The translations under genes were made by a program, and so were the position numbers. The notes below the pieces were generated by a model. That model saw only the letters and a program-made list of their open reading frames with translations. It made no database searches and was not told where the DNA came from. Below are positions 35,840 through 44,515 of a stretch of 64,000 bases of DNA, in pieces; position 1 is the first letter of the stretch, and every line of letters begins with the position of its first letter. Origin of the DNA: Rhodospirillales bacterium (GTDB lineage: Bacteria; Pseudomonadota; Alphaproteobacteria; Dongiales; Dongiaceae); contig VFKA01000010.1 in the NCBI GenBank assembly GCA_009885795.1, positions 4,695 through 68,694 on the forward strand, written 5' to 3'.

Positions 35840-36810
35840 ACGCGCGCGCCGCGCAGCATGAAGATGCCGGCGCCGGCGACGAGCGCCGCGCCCAGAATTG
35901 TCCAAAGGTCCGGCACGTCGCCCCACACGAGATAGCCCCACAGCACCGCCCAGACGATCGCCGAATACTCGAAGAAGGTGACCCGGTTGGCCTCGGCAAT
36001 GCGATAGGCATGGGTCAGCAGCCAGATGCCGGCAACGGATATCGGTCCGCACGCGGCCAGCAGCGCGAAATCGAGGGCGCTCGGCAGCGACCAGCCGCGA
36101 ACGAAGAACTCGAGGCTCGGATGACCGGAGCCGGCGAAGGCGCCGTGGCCGAGCAGCGCTCCCAGCACCAGCCCGCCGACGAGATAGACCGCGTTCTGGT
36201 AGAAGGCCATGACCGATGTCGTGGTCTCGCCGGAGCCCATCCGCCTGGCGATGATCTGGGCGACGGCATAGGTCATGGTTCCCATCAAGGGCAGCAAAGC
36301 GGCCCAATGCATGACTCCGCTACCCGGCCGCAGGATGACCAGCACGCCGGCGAACCCGATCGAGATGGCCAGCCATCGCTTGACCCCGACCCTCTCGCCG
36401 AGCATGGGGCCGGACAGCGCGGCGATGAAGAGGGGGGCGGAAAAACTGAGACTCACGATCTCGGCCAGCGACAAGACCGGCATGGCAAGATAGTACGCCG
36501 TATAGGCGCAGAGCATGAGCGCGCCGCGGCCGATCAGCAGGCGGAAACGATTCGACAGCAGGGAGCGCCAGCCGCCGTCGAAACGGACGATCAGAAGCAG
36601 GAATGGCAGGGCGAACACCCCGCGCAGCGTCTGGGCCTCCGCCAGCGGATAGTCGCCGCTGAGCCATTTGAGGATCACGTCCTGAAGCGAGAAGATCATC
36701 ACCCCGGCGCAGAGCGAGAACGCGCCCAAGGCGCCGTGCCGGGTCGGCGCGGCGCTCACCGCCGCGGCGGGCAATTGTTCTGGGACGAGCATGAATCGGG
36801 CGGGCGACAC
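35836..36810 (-). CDS. DMT/EamA family transporter
   Basis: 324 aa with 10 hydrophobic spans. Confidence 0.75.
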   Translation of the reverse strand: MSPARFMLVPEQLPAAAVSAAPTRHGALGAFSLCAGVMIFSLQDVILKWLSGDYPLAEAQTLRGVFALPFLLLIVRFDGGWRSLLSNRFRLLIGRGALMLCAYTAYYLAMPVLSLAEIVSLSFSAPLFIAALSGPMLGERVGVKRWLAISIGFAGVLVILRPGSGVMHWAALLPLMGTMTYAVAQIIARRMGSGETTTSVMAFYQNAVYLVGGLVLGALLGHGAFAGSGHPSLEFFVRGWSLPSALDFALLAACGPISVAGIWLLTHAYRIAEANRVTFFEYSAIVWAVLWGYLVWGDVPDLWTILGAALVAGAGIFMLRGARV

Positions 36811-36900
36811 GAAAGGGGGTTAGGGATTTTCAATCTAACAGAATATATCCAGGGCAGGCTATATTCCGGCAAGCCGCCGACGCGATACCGCGAGGAACCG

Positions 36901-38550
36901 ATGCCGGGACCGGCCACTCTCCTGGAGGCGATTATCATCCTGGTGGCCGCGGTCGCGGGCGTCGTCCTGCTACAGCGCCTGCGGCTCGGACCCATTCTCG
37001 GCTATCTGGCCGCTGGCCTCGCCATCGGGCCGGCGGGCCTTGGGCTGGTGCAGGACCCCGAGGCCATCGCCGGCCTGGCCGAATTCGGGGTCGTGTTCCT
37101 GTTGTTCGCCGTTGGGCTCGAACTGCCGATGGAGCGCATCAAGGTGATGCCGGCTGGAATCCTGTGGCTCGGCACGGCGCAGATTCTTGTGACCGGGCTG
37201 CTCGTCTGGCTCGGCGCCGTGGTGGTGGGCGCCGGCGCCCCGGCGGCGTTCGCGATCGCGGCGGCGCTGACATTGTCCTCGACCGCCATTGTGCTGCGCC
37301 TGCTGTCCGATGCGCGCGAGCTCAGCACCCGCTTTGCCCGCGCCGCCTTCGGCGTTCTCATCCTCCAGGATCTGGCGGTCGGTCCGCTCATCATCCTGGT
37401 GCTTTCGTTCGGCGCGGGCGAAGGCGGGCAGGCGCTTGGGCTCGGCCTGTCGCTCCTGAAGGCGGCGGCCTTCGCGGCGGCGATGCTGCTCGGAGGCCGG
37501 TATGCGGTGCGGCCGCTCTTCACCGCCGTCGCCGCCACGAAAACGCCTGAGATATTCGCTGCCTTGACGTTGCTGGTGGTGCTCGCCGCCGCGCTGGCGA
37601 GCGAGAGCCTCGGCCTGTCGATGGGGCTGGGCGCGCTTCTGGCCGGCATCATGCTGGCAGAATCGCCCTACCGCCATCAGGTCGGCGCCGAGATCGCGCC
37701 ATTCCGCGGGCTCCTCCTCGGCCTCTTCTTCATGACCATCGGCATGTCGTTCGACGTCGAGTACTTCAGTCATCGGCTGGCCACGACGGCTCTGCTCGCG
37801 CTCGGCCTGATGACCGGAAAGGCGGCGATCATGATCGCGCTTGCCTGGTGGCTGCACTTGCCGCCCGCGCAGGCGCTTCGCTTCGGCCTGCTGCTGTCGC
37901 AAGGCGGGGAGTTCGCCTTCGTGCTGCTCGCCGCCGCCGCCGGGGAAAATCTCGTATCCGACGGCGACCGACAGCTTCTGACCGCCGCCGTCGTGCTGAC
38001 GATGATGCTGACGCCGCTGGCGGCGTTCGCGGGCCGCCGGCTCGAGGCGGCGGCCATGCGGGTACTGCAAGCGCGAGGGATGCTGGGCGCGCCCGACGAA
38101 GCGGAATTGGATCGCCTCGGCGGCCATGTGATCATCGCCGGTTTCGGGCGGATCGGCCGCGCCGTGTCGCGGCAGTTGAGCGAATCGGGTTTGACCTGGG
38201 TAGCCATCGACTCCGACACGGCGTGTGTCAAGGAAGCGAGGGCCGCGGGTTTGCCGGTCTATTTCGGCGACGCCTGGCGCCTGGACGCGCTCGAATCCCT
38301 GCACGTCGATCGGGCGCGCGCGGTGGTGGTGACGGTGAACAGTCCGAGGGCCGCGTTGCAGCTCGTGGCCACGCTGCACTATGTCCTGCCCGGGATGCCG
38401 ATCATGGCGCGCGCCTATGACGAGGCCCACGCGGAGGAATTGCGCCTGGCCGGCGCCGAGGACATCGTGCTCGAAGGCACGCCGGTCGGCGATCGACTGG
38501 CGGATTTCGCCCGCGCCGCGTTTCGGTCGAAGGACGGCGGAGCCGCGTGA
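36901..38550 (+). CDS. CPA2 monovalent cation:proton antiporter, Kef-type with C-terminal TrkA-N/RCK domain
   Basis: Start MPGPATLLEAIIILVAAV inside ORF 35632..38550. Rossmann motif HVIIAGFGRIGRAV. Confidence 0.85.
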   Translation: MPGPATLLEAIIILVAAVAGVVLLQRLRLGPILGYLAAGLAIGPAGLGLVQDPEAIAGLAEFGVVFLLFAVGLELPMERIKVMPAGILWLGTAQILVTGLLVWLGAVVVGAGAPAAFAIAAALTLSSTAIVLRLLSDARELSTRFARAAFGVLILQDLAVGPLIILVLSFGAGEGGQALGLGLSLLKAAAFAAAMLLGGRYAVRPLFTAVAATKTPEIFAALTLLVVLAAALASESLGLSMGLGALLAGIMLAESPYRHQVGAEIAPFRGLLLGLFFMTIGMSFDVEYFSHRLATTALLALGLMTGKAAIMIALAWWLHLPPAQALRFGLLLSQGGEFAFVLLAAAAGENLVSDGDRQLLTAAVVLTMMLTPLAAFAGRRLEAAAMRVLQARGMLGAPDEAELDRLGGHVIIAGFGRIGRAVSRQLSESGLTWVAIDSDTACVKEARAAGLPVYFGDAWRLDALESLHVDRARAVVVTVNSPRAALQLVATLHYVLPGMPIMARAYDEAHAEELRLAGAEDIVLEGTPVGDRLADFARAAFRSKDGGAA

Positions 38551-38656
38551 GCGCCGAGGTCGCGGACTCGACGCATTGAGGCGTATCCTAAGCCGGTGTT
38601 AACGCGACGGCTGCGAGATCGCGGACGCAATGGCAAACGCTTGAAGCAAGGCGGCA

Positions 38657-38976
38657 GTGGCCAAGCTAACCCGATGCTTTGCCCGGCGGCATGGCTCCCG
38701 GTGGGAGGCGATCTGTCTCGACTTCGATCTTGCCGTGCAGGGCGAAAGCTTTGAAGAGGTTTATGGCTCTCTCGCCACCGCTGTCGAAGAATACCTGAGA
38801 TACGTTGACAGCATCGAGGATCCGGCCGAGCGCGAAGCCTTCTTGAATCGGCGCGCCCCATGGCCGGTGCGCCTGAAATTCACCTTGGCTCTTTGCTGCT
38901 TACCGATGGCGCGGCCCACCGGCGCGACGGGGGCCACGGCTTCGGCACCGGGTTTACCTTGCCTGCCGCGGCGTGA
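38657..38976 (+). CDS. hicB: HicB-like antitoxin (3' end uncertain, possibly frameshifted)
   Basis: The N-terminal about 75 aa (...WEAICLDFDLAVQGESFEEVYGSLATAVEEYLRYV...FLNRRAPWPVRLKF) look like the short HicB-like family. The track ORF then runs on through hicA. An alternative frame ends ...GFTLPAAA-TGA and overlaps the hicA GTG as GTGA. Confidence 0.5.
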
Positions 38977-39269
38977 AGTTTCGCGATTTGATCGCGATCC
39001 TATCCAGGAACGGATTTTTATAGGTCCGTCAAAAGGGAGATCATCACCAGTTCGAGGGATACGTGGACGGCAGGCGCCGCATGGTGACGATTGCCTACAG
39101 CCGCTCCGGCGACGACATCATGCGCAATAATCTGGCCTCGATGATCCGCCAATCGGGACTGCCGAAGAAGCTGTTCCGGCAACGCTCTCAACGGCGATTC
39201 CCGACCTCGACAGCTGGCGTTTGTTCGACTCTGTCAATGAGGATGAAACTCTTTGCCGCGTCGCCGTGA
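38973..39269 (+). pseudogene. hicA: hicA toxin gene with in-frame amber codon
   Basis: VKFRDLIAILSRNGFL-TAG(39021..39023)-VRQKGDHHQFEGYVDGRRRMVTIAYSRSGDDIMRNNLASMIRQSGLPKKLF. HicA fold signature (GxHH) in a single frame interrupted by one stop. Confidence 0.7.
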
Positions 39270-39910
39270 AACACCGCCTCGAAGTCCTTTCGGAATCCGG
39301 GGCGCCCAAGGCGATTGTGGTTTGCGTGGCCACCGATCGCGTTGGCGATGAAATCGGCGACCTCGATGCACTCATCGCGGGCGGATTTCGGCATCACGCA
39401 TTTGTGCACCGGAATCGGTTTTCCATCGACATGGGCAACTAACGGCCCGGTATAGCGTTCGACAAGACGATTGCCCCGTTCCGACGACTCGAAAAGGAAC
39501 GCGATCTCCGTCGGCGGGGGAATGCACTTGTTCGCGATCTCCTGGAAACGGTTACGTAGGGATAGAAGCACGATTTCAGCCGCCGACGTATTCGCGGGCA
39601 CAGTGGAGGTATCCTTGATGGCTACGCCAAAACTGGCGAATTGTCGATTTCGAAAGAACTCGCCCAGCGCGGCATATTACTCGGGCGACAACTGCCCGAT
39701 GTCGCCGGCATGAAGGGGTGACTCTGCCCCCCCGAAGTGACGGTCTTTCATCGTCCGCCACGGGTTCCGAATCTCAATGTCCATTTTTGTCGCCAACGCG
39801 GCGCATCCGCCGAATCCGTACACGGGGAAATTGGGATCGGCAAACGTCTCATGCCCGGTCTCATCGACAAAGAACACGAGGCAGTTAGGCTGAACGGTCA
39901 ACTCGATCAT
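39188..39910 (-). pseudogene. DUF3800-family gene with in-frame ochre codon
   Basis: ORFs 39677..39910 (MIELTVQPNCLVFFVDETGH...) and 39188..39601 are in the same frame (offset 309 nt). They are separated only by TAA at 39677..39679, with an open frame between. Confidence 0.65.
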
Positions 39911-39953
39911 ATCGGCAAGAACCTTAATGCGGTGGTAACTTGGTGCCGACTTG

Positions 39954-39990
39954 TAAGAAAAGGGCGCCGGCGGGATTTCCGCCGACGCCC
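39954..39990 (-). terminator. rho-independent terminator downstream of tRNA-Asn
   Basis: Reverse strand reads GGGCGTCGGCGG-AAATC-CCGCCGGCGCCC-TTTTCTT (12-bp stem with one G-U), 8 nt after the CCA end. Confidence 0.8.
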
Positions 39991-39998
39991 TGTAAAGA

Positions 39999-40073
39999 TT
40001 GGCTCCCCGGGTTCGAATCGAACGAACGACCTAGCGGTTAACAGCCGCTTGCTCTACCGCTGAGCTACCGGGG
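39999..40073 (-). tRNA. tRNA-Asn (anticodon GTT), CCA encoded
   Basis: Hand-folded cloverleaf: TCCCCGG-TA-GCTC-AGCGGTA-GAGC-A-AGCGG-CTGTTAA-CCGCT-AGGTC-GTTCG-TTCGATT-CGAAC-CCGGGGA-G-CCA (75 nt). Confidence 0.9.
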
Positions 40074-40458
40074 AACAGTGGCCGGCAAGCCTTGGCTCCG
40101 GCGGCGACCTTATATCAGGGGCTGGGGTTGCCTGCAAATCGTTACCCCAGCGCCTGCACGATGCATTCGGCGACCGGCAGATAGTCGGAGTTGGGCAGGT
40201 GGAAGCCCCACAGAAAATCGCCCAAGGTCAAGCGCCCGTCGAGGAAGGCTTCGAGGATCATCCGGCTGACCGGGTGAAGCCGCGCCGGCAGGCAGGCGAG
40301 AACGGCGACAGGCAAGGCGTGAATCCCTTCGCGGGCCGGCCGGCAGAATATGGGGCGCGGCCCCGGCCTGTCCATGGCCGTTGACTAGGCTTGGGCATTT
40401 CCACATTCTCCGCCCTCCGCGTTCACAGGCGGGTGATTTCTCAATCGTAGGACTCTCG

Positions 40459-41202
40459 ATGAGGGCTGTTCTGCTGAGTGCCGGGCAAGGGTCGCGGCTG
40501 CTGCCGCTGACCGCGGACCGGCCGAAATGTCTCTTGGCCCTTGCCGGCCGGCCGCTCATCGAATGGCAGGTGCGCGAACTTGCCCGCGCCGGCATCGATG
40601 ACATCGCGGCCGTCGTTGGCTTTCGCGCCGAGCTGGTCGAGGAATGTCTCGCCGGTCTCGCCCGTCCGGGCCTTGCGTTGCGCGCCCACTACAATCCCTT
40701 CTACGCCGTGGCCGACAATCTGGGCAGCTGCTGGATCGCGCGCGGCGAAATGGACCGCGACTTTCTCCTGGTCAACGGCGACACGGTGTTTCGGGCGGCG
40801 ATCGCGCTGAAAGTGCTGGCCGCGCCTTCAGGCAAGCCGATTGTGGTCGCGATCGACCGAAAATCCGCCTACGACGCCGACGACATGAAGGTGCGGGTCG
40901 AGGGGACGCGGCTCCACGAAATCGGCAAGACGCTGCCCGGCGACCGCGTGAACGGCGAATCGATCGGCATGTTGCTGTTTCGCGGCGACGGACCGCGCCT
41001 CTTCCGCGACGAGGCCGAGCGCGCCTTGCGCGGCGGCGAAGGCATCAAATGGTGGTACCTCAAGGTCATCGACGCGTTGGCCCGCCGCGGTCTCGTGGAT
41101 ACGGTGTCGATCGAGGGACTACCCTGGGGCGAGGTCGATTATCGCCACGACCTCGAGCGCGCCGACGAGTTGGCCCGGCGCTGGCTCGCGGAGGACTCCT
41201 AA
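40459..41202 (+). CDS. alcohol/sugar-phosphate nucleotidyl(cytidylyl)transferase, LicC/IPCT-like
   Basis: Start MRAVLLSAGQGSRLLPLTADRPKCLL within ORF 40381..41202. Its layout resembles CTP:inositol-1-P / phosphocholine cytidylyltransferases, e.g. DDMKVRVEGTRLHEIGKTL and WGEVDYRHDLERA. Confidence 0.65.
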   Translation: MRAVLLSAGQGSRLLPLTADRPKCLLALAGRPLIEWQVRELARAGIDDIAAVVGFRAELVEECLAGLARPGLALRAHYNPFYAVADNLGSCWIARGEMDRDFLLVNGDTVFRAAIALKVLAAPSGKPIVVAIDRKSAYDADDMKVRVEGTRLHEIGKTLPGDRVNGESIGMLLFRGDGPRLFRDEAERALRGGEGIKWWYLKVIDALARRGLVDTVSIEGLPWGEVDYRHDLERADELARRWLAEDS

Positions 41203-41255
41203 GGGCCCGTAAGCCAATAAGCGATTCGATTTGAGCCGTGGGACGCCAAGTAAAG

Positions 41256-41398
41256 CTGTCGTCGCCGGGCTTGACCCGGCGATCCATCGGCGTCGCACGC
41301 GTGGTGATGCGCCCGATCGCAATGACGACCGGCGCGATTCTCCCGGCGAAGTTGCCGACTTTCACCATGGATCGCCGGGTCAAGCCCGACGATGACAA
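41256..41398. repeat. MITE-like unit: two Family C repeats in inverted orientation flanking about 75 bp
   Basis: tgtcgtcgccgggcttgacccggcgatccat (41256..) versus the reverse complement of ccatggatcgccgggtcaagcccgacgatgacaa (..41398), which is ttgtcatcgtcgggcttgacccggcgatccatgg. Confidence 0.7.
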
Positions 41399-41472
41399 TT
41401 GGGAGGTAGCGCGGGACAACATGAATCGAAAAGAACGGGACTTCCATCGCTTATTTTCTGACAAACCCTAAC

Positions 41473-42276
41473 CTACAAATCGTCGCGGCGCCGCAAGATA
41501 GCCTCGGCGAGGACCAGGTCCTCGGGCTTGTCCACGTCGATCGATGCCTCGGCGAACGGAAGCCGCACCGCGCGCACCGTGGCGCCGATGCGCCGCGACA
41601 CGACCTCCATCGCGCCGTCGAGCGTGAGGCGGCCGAGGAGGAATTGCACCAGCGGGGCAATCCCGATCGCCGCGATCAACCGCCAGGGCTGCTTGCGGAA
41701 CCGCTCGAGGTCGGTCCAGAACGCGGCGGCGCGCAAGGAAGCGGGCGTCGTCAACAAGAACAGGTTGCACCCGCTATAGCCTTCTCCCGCCAGACGGTAA
41801 AACGTGCGCGCGGCGTCGGGATAGGCCGCGCGAACGATCTCGGCCGTGGCCACCGCGACGGCCACGTCGGCGCCGCCGGCCAGGGCCTCCTTGTGGAAAT
41901 GCTCGATCATGGCCCGAGTGAGCAGCGGATGATCGCCGGTCGTCACCAGCATCGGCCATGGCGTCGAAGCCCCGGCGAGCGTTCGGCGCACGCTGTCGCT
42001 GGGCGACGTTCCCGCCGGGGCGAATTCAACCCGGCCGGCGCGGTGCAGCGCATCGAGCTCGGGCATGTCCTCCAACTCCGAGGCATCGGTCAGCGATAGA
42101 AGTATGCGCCCGATGGCCGGAGTCGCCAGCAGCGTTCGAACGACACGAACCAGCATCGGCACGCCGGCAATCGGCACCGCCACCTTGAAACGCTGGCCGA
42201 ACGCCGCCGCGACGGGGTCGCTCGCCGCGCGCTGCCCGGCCAGCACCAGGGCGGTCACTGTTCCATCGCCGGTCAT
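41473..42276 (-). CDS. nucleotidyltransferase family protein (MobA-like / NTP_transf_3 fold)
   Basis: 267 aa. N-terminal TALVLAGQRAASDP...AVPIAGVPML pattern. The ATG overlaps the stop of the upstream GNAT gene (ATGA). Confidence 0.55.
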   Translation of the reverse strand: MTGDGTVTALVLAGQRAASDPVAAAFGQRFKVAVPIAGVPMLVRVVRTLLATPAIGRILLSLTDASELEDMPELDALHRAGRVEFAPAGTSPSDSVRRTLAGASTPWPMLVTTGDHPLLTRAMIEHFHKEALAGGADVAVAVATAEIVRAAYPDAARTFYRLAGEGYSGCNLFLLTTPASLRAAAFWTDLERFRKQPWRLIAAIGIAPLVQFLLGRLTLDGAMEVVSRRIGATVRAVRLPFAEASIDVDKPEDLVLAEAILRRRDDL

Positions 42277-43436
42277 GCCAAGGCCTTTTCATAGATCCGG
42301 TAAGTCTTGTAGGCGCGCCCGCCGACGCCTTCGATGAGGCGCCTGGCCGCGACATTGTCGTCGAGGATCCAGGACAATTCGGCGCGGGCAAACCCGAGCC
42401 TGACCACGGTCCGGCGCAGATTTTCGAGAACGATGAGCCCAAGGGCGGCGCCTAGCGGCGTGCCGTGATAGCGCCGCCTTACGCCGAAAAGCGGCACGCG
42501 CGCCGTGCGCAAGCCCTTGATCTTCAGCCGCCACAGGAGCTTCACCCACCCCGTGGGCAGCAGCCGCCCGCCGAGATCGGCGATGGCTTCCGCCAGATTG
42601 GGAACCGCGACGATCATGCTGGCGGCCTCGCCATCCACTTCCGCGATCCAGACGAGATCGGGCAGCAGGACGGGCCGCAACCCTTGCGCCGCCTGGGTCA
42701 CTTCATCGGCGGTGAAGGGCACGAATCCCCAGTTTTCGGACCAGGCATCGTTGAAGATGTCGAGTATCATGGCGAGGTCGGCGTCGTAGCGCCGTTTGTC
42801 GAGGTTTCGCACGCGCACCCTGCGGCCATCGGCGGCCTTGGCGAGCCAGCGTTCGGCGAGGATCGGCTTTGCCGTCGCCATATCATAGTCGTAGGCGATG
42901 AGATCCTTGGCCTTGGCATAGCCCTGCTCGGCCAGGCGCCGGCCGGCATAAGGCGGCGCATAGGGCATCATCAACATCGGCGGCGCATCGAACCCTTCGG
43001 CCAGCAGTCCGGCTTCTTCATTGATCGAGGGATTGAACGGCCCGCGCACCCGGACCATGCCGCGCTCTTTCAACCACGTCTCGGCGGCGGCGGCGAGCGC
43101 CGCGAAAACGTCCCGATCGTCCACGGCATCGAGGAACCCGAAATATCCGATGGCGCCATGGCGCTCGAGCGACAGGCGATCGATCTGAGCGGAGATCCGG
43201 CCGACGGCCTGTCCGCCGCGCGATGCAATCCAGAACCTTGCCTCGGCATGCTGGAAATAGGCGCTGCGCGCCGGGTCGAGAAGCTTTCGCATTTCGCTCA
43301 AGAGCGGCGGCGCGTAGCCGCGGGCACCGGCGTAAAGCGTCATGGGCAAGGCAAGGAATTGCTCCAGTTGACGCGGAGAATCCACGGCCAGGATCGAGAG
43401 CGGCGCGGCCGTGGGCGCGATGCCGCCGCCGGTCAA
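42273..43436 (-). CDS. GNAT-fold N-acyltransferase, candidate bacterial ceramide synthase (bCerS-like)
   Basis: 387 aa with a C-terminal GNAT core (...ELSWILDDNVAARRLIEGVGGRAYKTYRIYEKAL). The TTG start overlaps the lptG stop (TTGA). The functional call rests on the sphingolipid gene neighbourhood. Confidence 0.5.
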   Translation of the reverse strand: MTGGGIAPTAAPLSILAVDSPRQLEQFLALPMTLYAGARGYAPPLLSEMRKLLDPARSAYFQHAEARFWIASRGGQAVGRISAQIDRLSLERHGAIGYFGFLDAVDDRDVFAALAAAAETWLKERGMVRVRGPFNPSINEEAGLLAEGFDAPPMLMMPYAPPYAGRRLAEQGYAKAKDLIAYDYDMATAKPILAERWLAKAADGRRVRVRNLDKRRYDADLAMILDIFNDAWSENWGFVPFTADEVTQAAQGLRPVLLPDLVWIAEVDGEAASMIVAVPNLAEAIADLGGRLLPTGWVKLLWRLKIKGLRTARVPLFGVRRRYHGTPLGAALGLIVLENLRRTVVRLGFARAELSWILDDNVAARRLIEGVGGRAYKTYRIYEKALA

Positions 43437-44515
43437 TAGCCCTCCATCCGCAGCAGCGCCGCGCCGCCGACACTGCCGAACAAGATCGCCGGGCTCCAGG
43501 CCGCGAGGACCGGTGGCAAGATACCGGCCTCGCCCAGCGCCAATGAAAAACCGTCGGTGACGAAAAAGAGGAATCCGAGGCCCAGGCCGATGGCGATCCC
43601 GGTGGCGAGGCCGCCTTGGCGGCGCATGGCCTGGGCGACGGGTGCCGCAAGCAGCAGCATCAGCAGGGCCGACGCCGGAATGGCCAAGCGCTTGTGGAAC
43701 GCCGTTTCATAGAAATAGGGCGCGAAAGCGCCCACGTCGGGGGTCGAGACGTACCGATAGAGCTCGGCCAGCGAGAGGCTGGCCGGCGTCGCCGCGCGCT
43801 CGGAAAAATGGCCGGGGGCAAGGTGGGTCTTCCATTCCTGCTGTGCCGTGCGCCGATACGTACCGCCCGATCCGGTCGATGGGATGAAGACCTCGACGCC
43901 CAGCAGGGTCCAGCTGCCTTCACGGTAGCGGGCGCCGTTGGCGGTGGTGCGGGCGGCCAGGCGCCCGGCCTCGTCGCGGGAGAAGATGGTGACACCGGAC
44001 AACTGGCGGCCATTGTCGAACACCCCGGCGACGCGGACCATGACCCGGCCGTCGTGAATCCAGATCGCCTGATCCACGTCGGGCGCGGCATAGCCCTGAT
44101 CCCCGATCCCCGAATCCCAGGCCATCAGGGCACGGACGGAAGCGGGCGCGACCTGGTCGCTGGCAAAGAGGTGCAGCAGCGATACGCCGAGGACGACCGG
44201 CAGGAAAGCCAGCAGCAGCCGGTAATAGGGCAGTCCCGCGGCCTTGAGGGCCAGCACTTCGTTATGGAGAGCAAGACGGCTGAGCGCGATCAGGCACGCC
44301 ATCAGCACCGAAAACGGCATCATGAGAATGACGACTTCGGGCAAACGCAGCACCGTGTACCGGGCAAGGGCGGTCACGGCATTGCCATGACGCGCCATGA
44401 TATCGGGCGCGTTGTTGAGCAGATCGAACAATTGCAGCAGCGATACGAAGCCGAGCAGCGAGAACACCAGCTGCACGAGAAACAAACGGGTCGCATAGCG
44501 AAAAAGGGTGGCCAT
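43433..44515 (-). CDS. lptG: LPS export ABC transporter permease LptG (YjgP/YjgQ family)
   Basis: Start MATLFRYATRLFLVQLVFSLLGF within ORF 43433..44674. The ATG overlaps the lptF stop (TGATG). Confidence 0.8.
   Translation of the reverse strand: MATLFRYATRLFLVQLVFSLLGFVSLLQLFDLLNNAPDIMARHGNAVTALARYTVLRLPEVVILMMPFSVLMACLIALSRLALHNEVLALKAAGLPYYRLLLAFLPVVLGVSLLHLFASDQVAPASVRALMAWDSGIGDQGYAAPDVDQAIWIHDGRVMVRVAGVFDNGRQLSGVTIFSRDEAGRLAARTTANGARYREGSWTLLGVEVFIPSTGSGGTYRRTAQQEWKTHLAPGHFSERAATPASLSLAELYRYVSTPDVGAFAPYFYETAFHKRLAIPASALLMLLLAAPVAQAMRRQGGLATGIAIGLGLGFLFFVTDGFSLALGEAGILPPVLAAWSPAILFGSVGGAALLRMEGY

Noticed and set aside
35632-36900. N-terminal about 420 codons of the 972-aa ORF 35632..38550
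   Set aside because: This part is highly charged and Arg/Gly/Gln/Asp-rich, and it is antisense to the EamA transporter. The Kef-type protein begins at the ATG at 36901 with a typical hydrophobic N-terminus.
38550-38660. Direct repeat of the tRNA-Asn 3' end (att site) at the far border of the hicBA/DUF3800 islet
   Set aside because: By eye I could not find a match of 12 nt or more to tggctccccgggttcgaatcgaac in this interval. No integrase is present either, so the integrative-element interpretation stays a weak inference only.
40142-40375. 77-aa minus-strand ORF between tRNA-Asn and the LicC-like gene
   Set aside because: It has acceptable GC3 but no RBS before either candidate ATG and no recognisable family. 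Its Pro/Arg-rich N-terminus is also atypical. Evidence is insufficient to call a gene.
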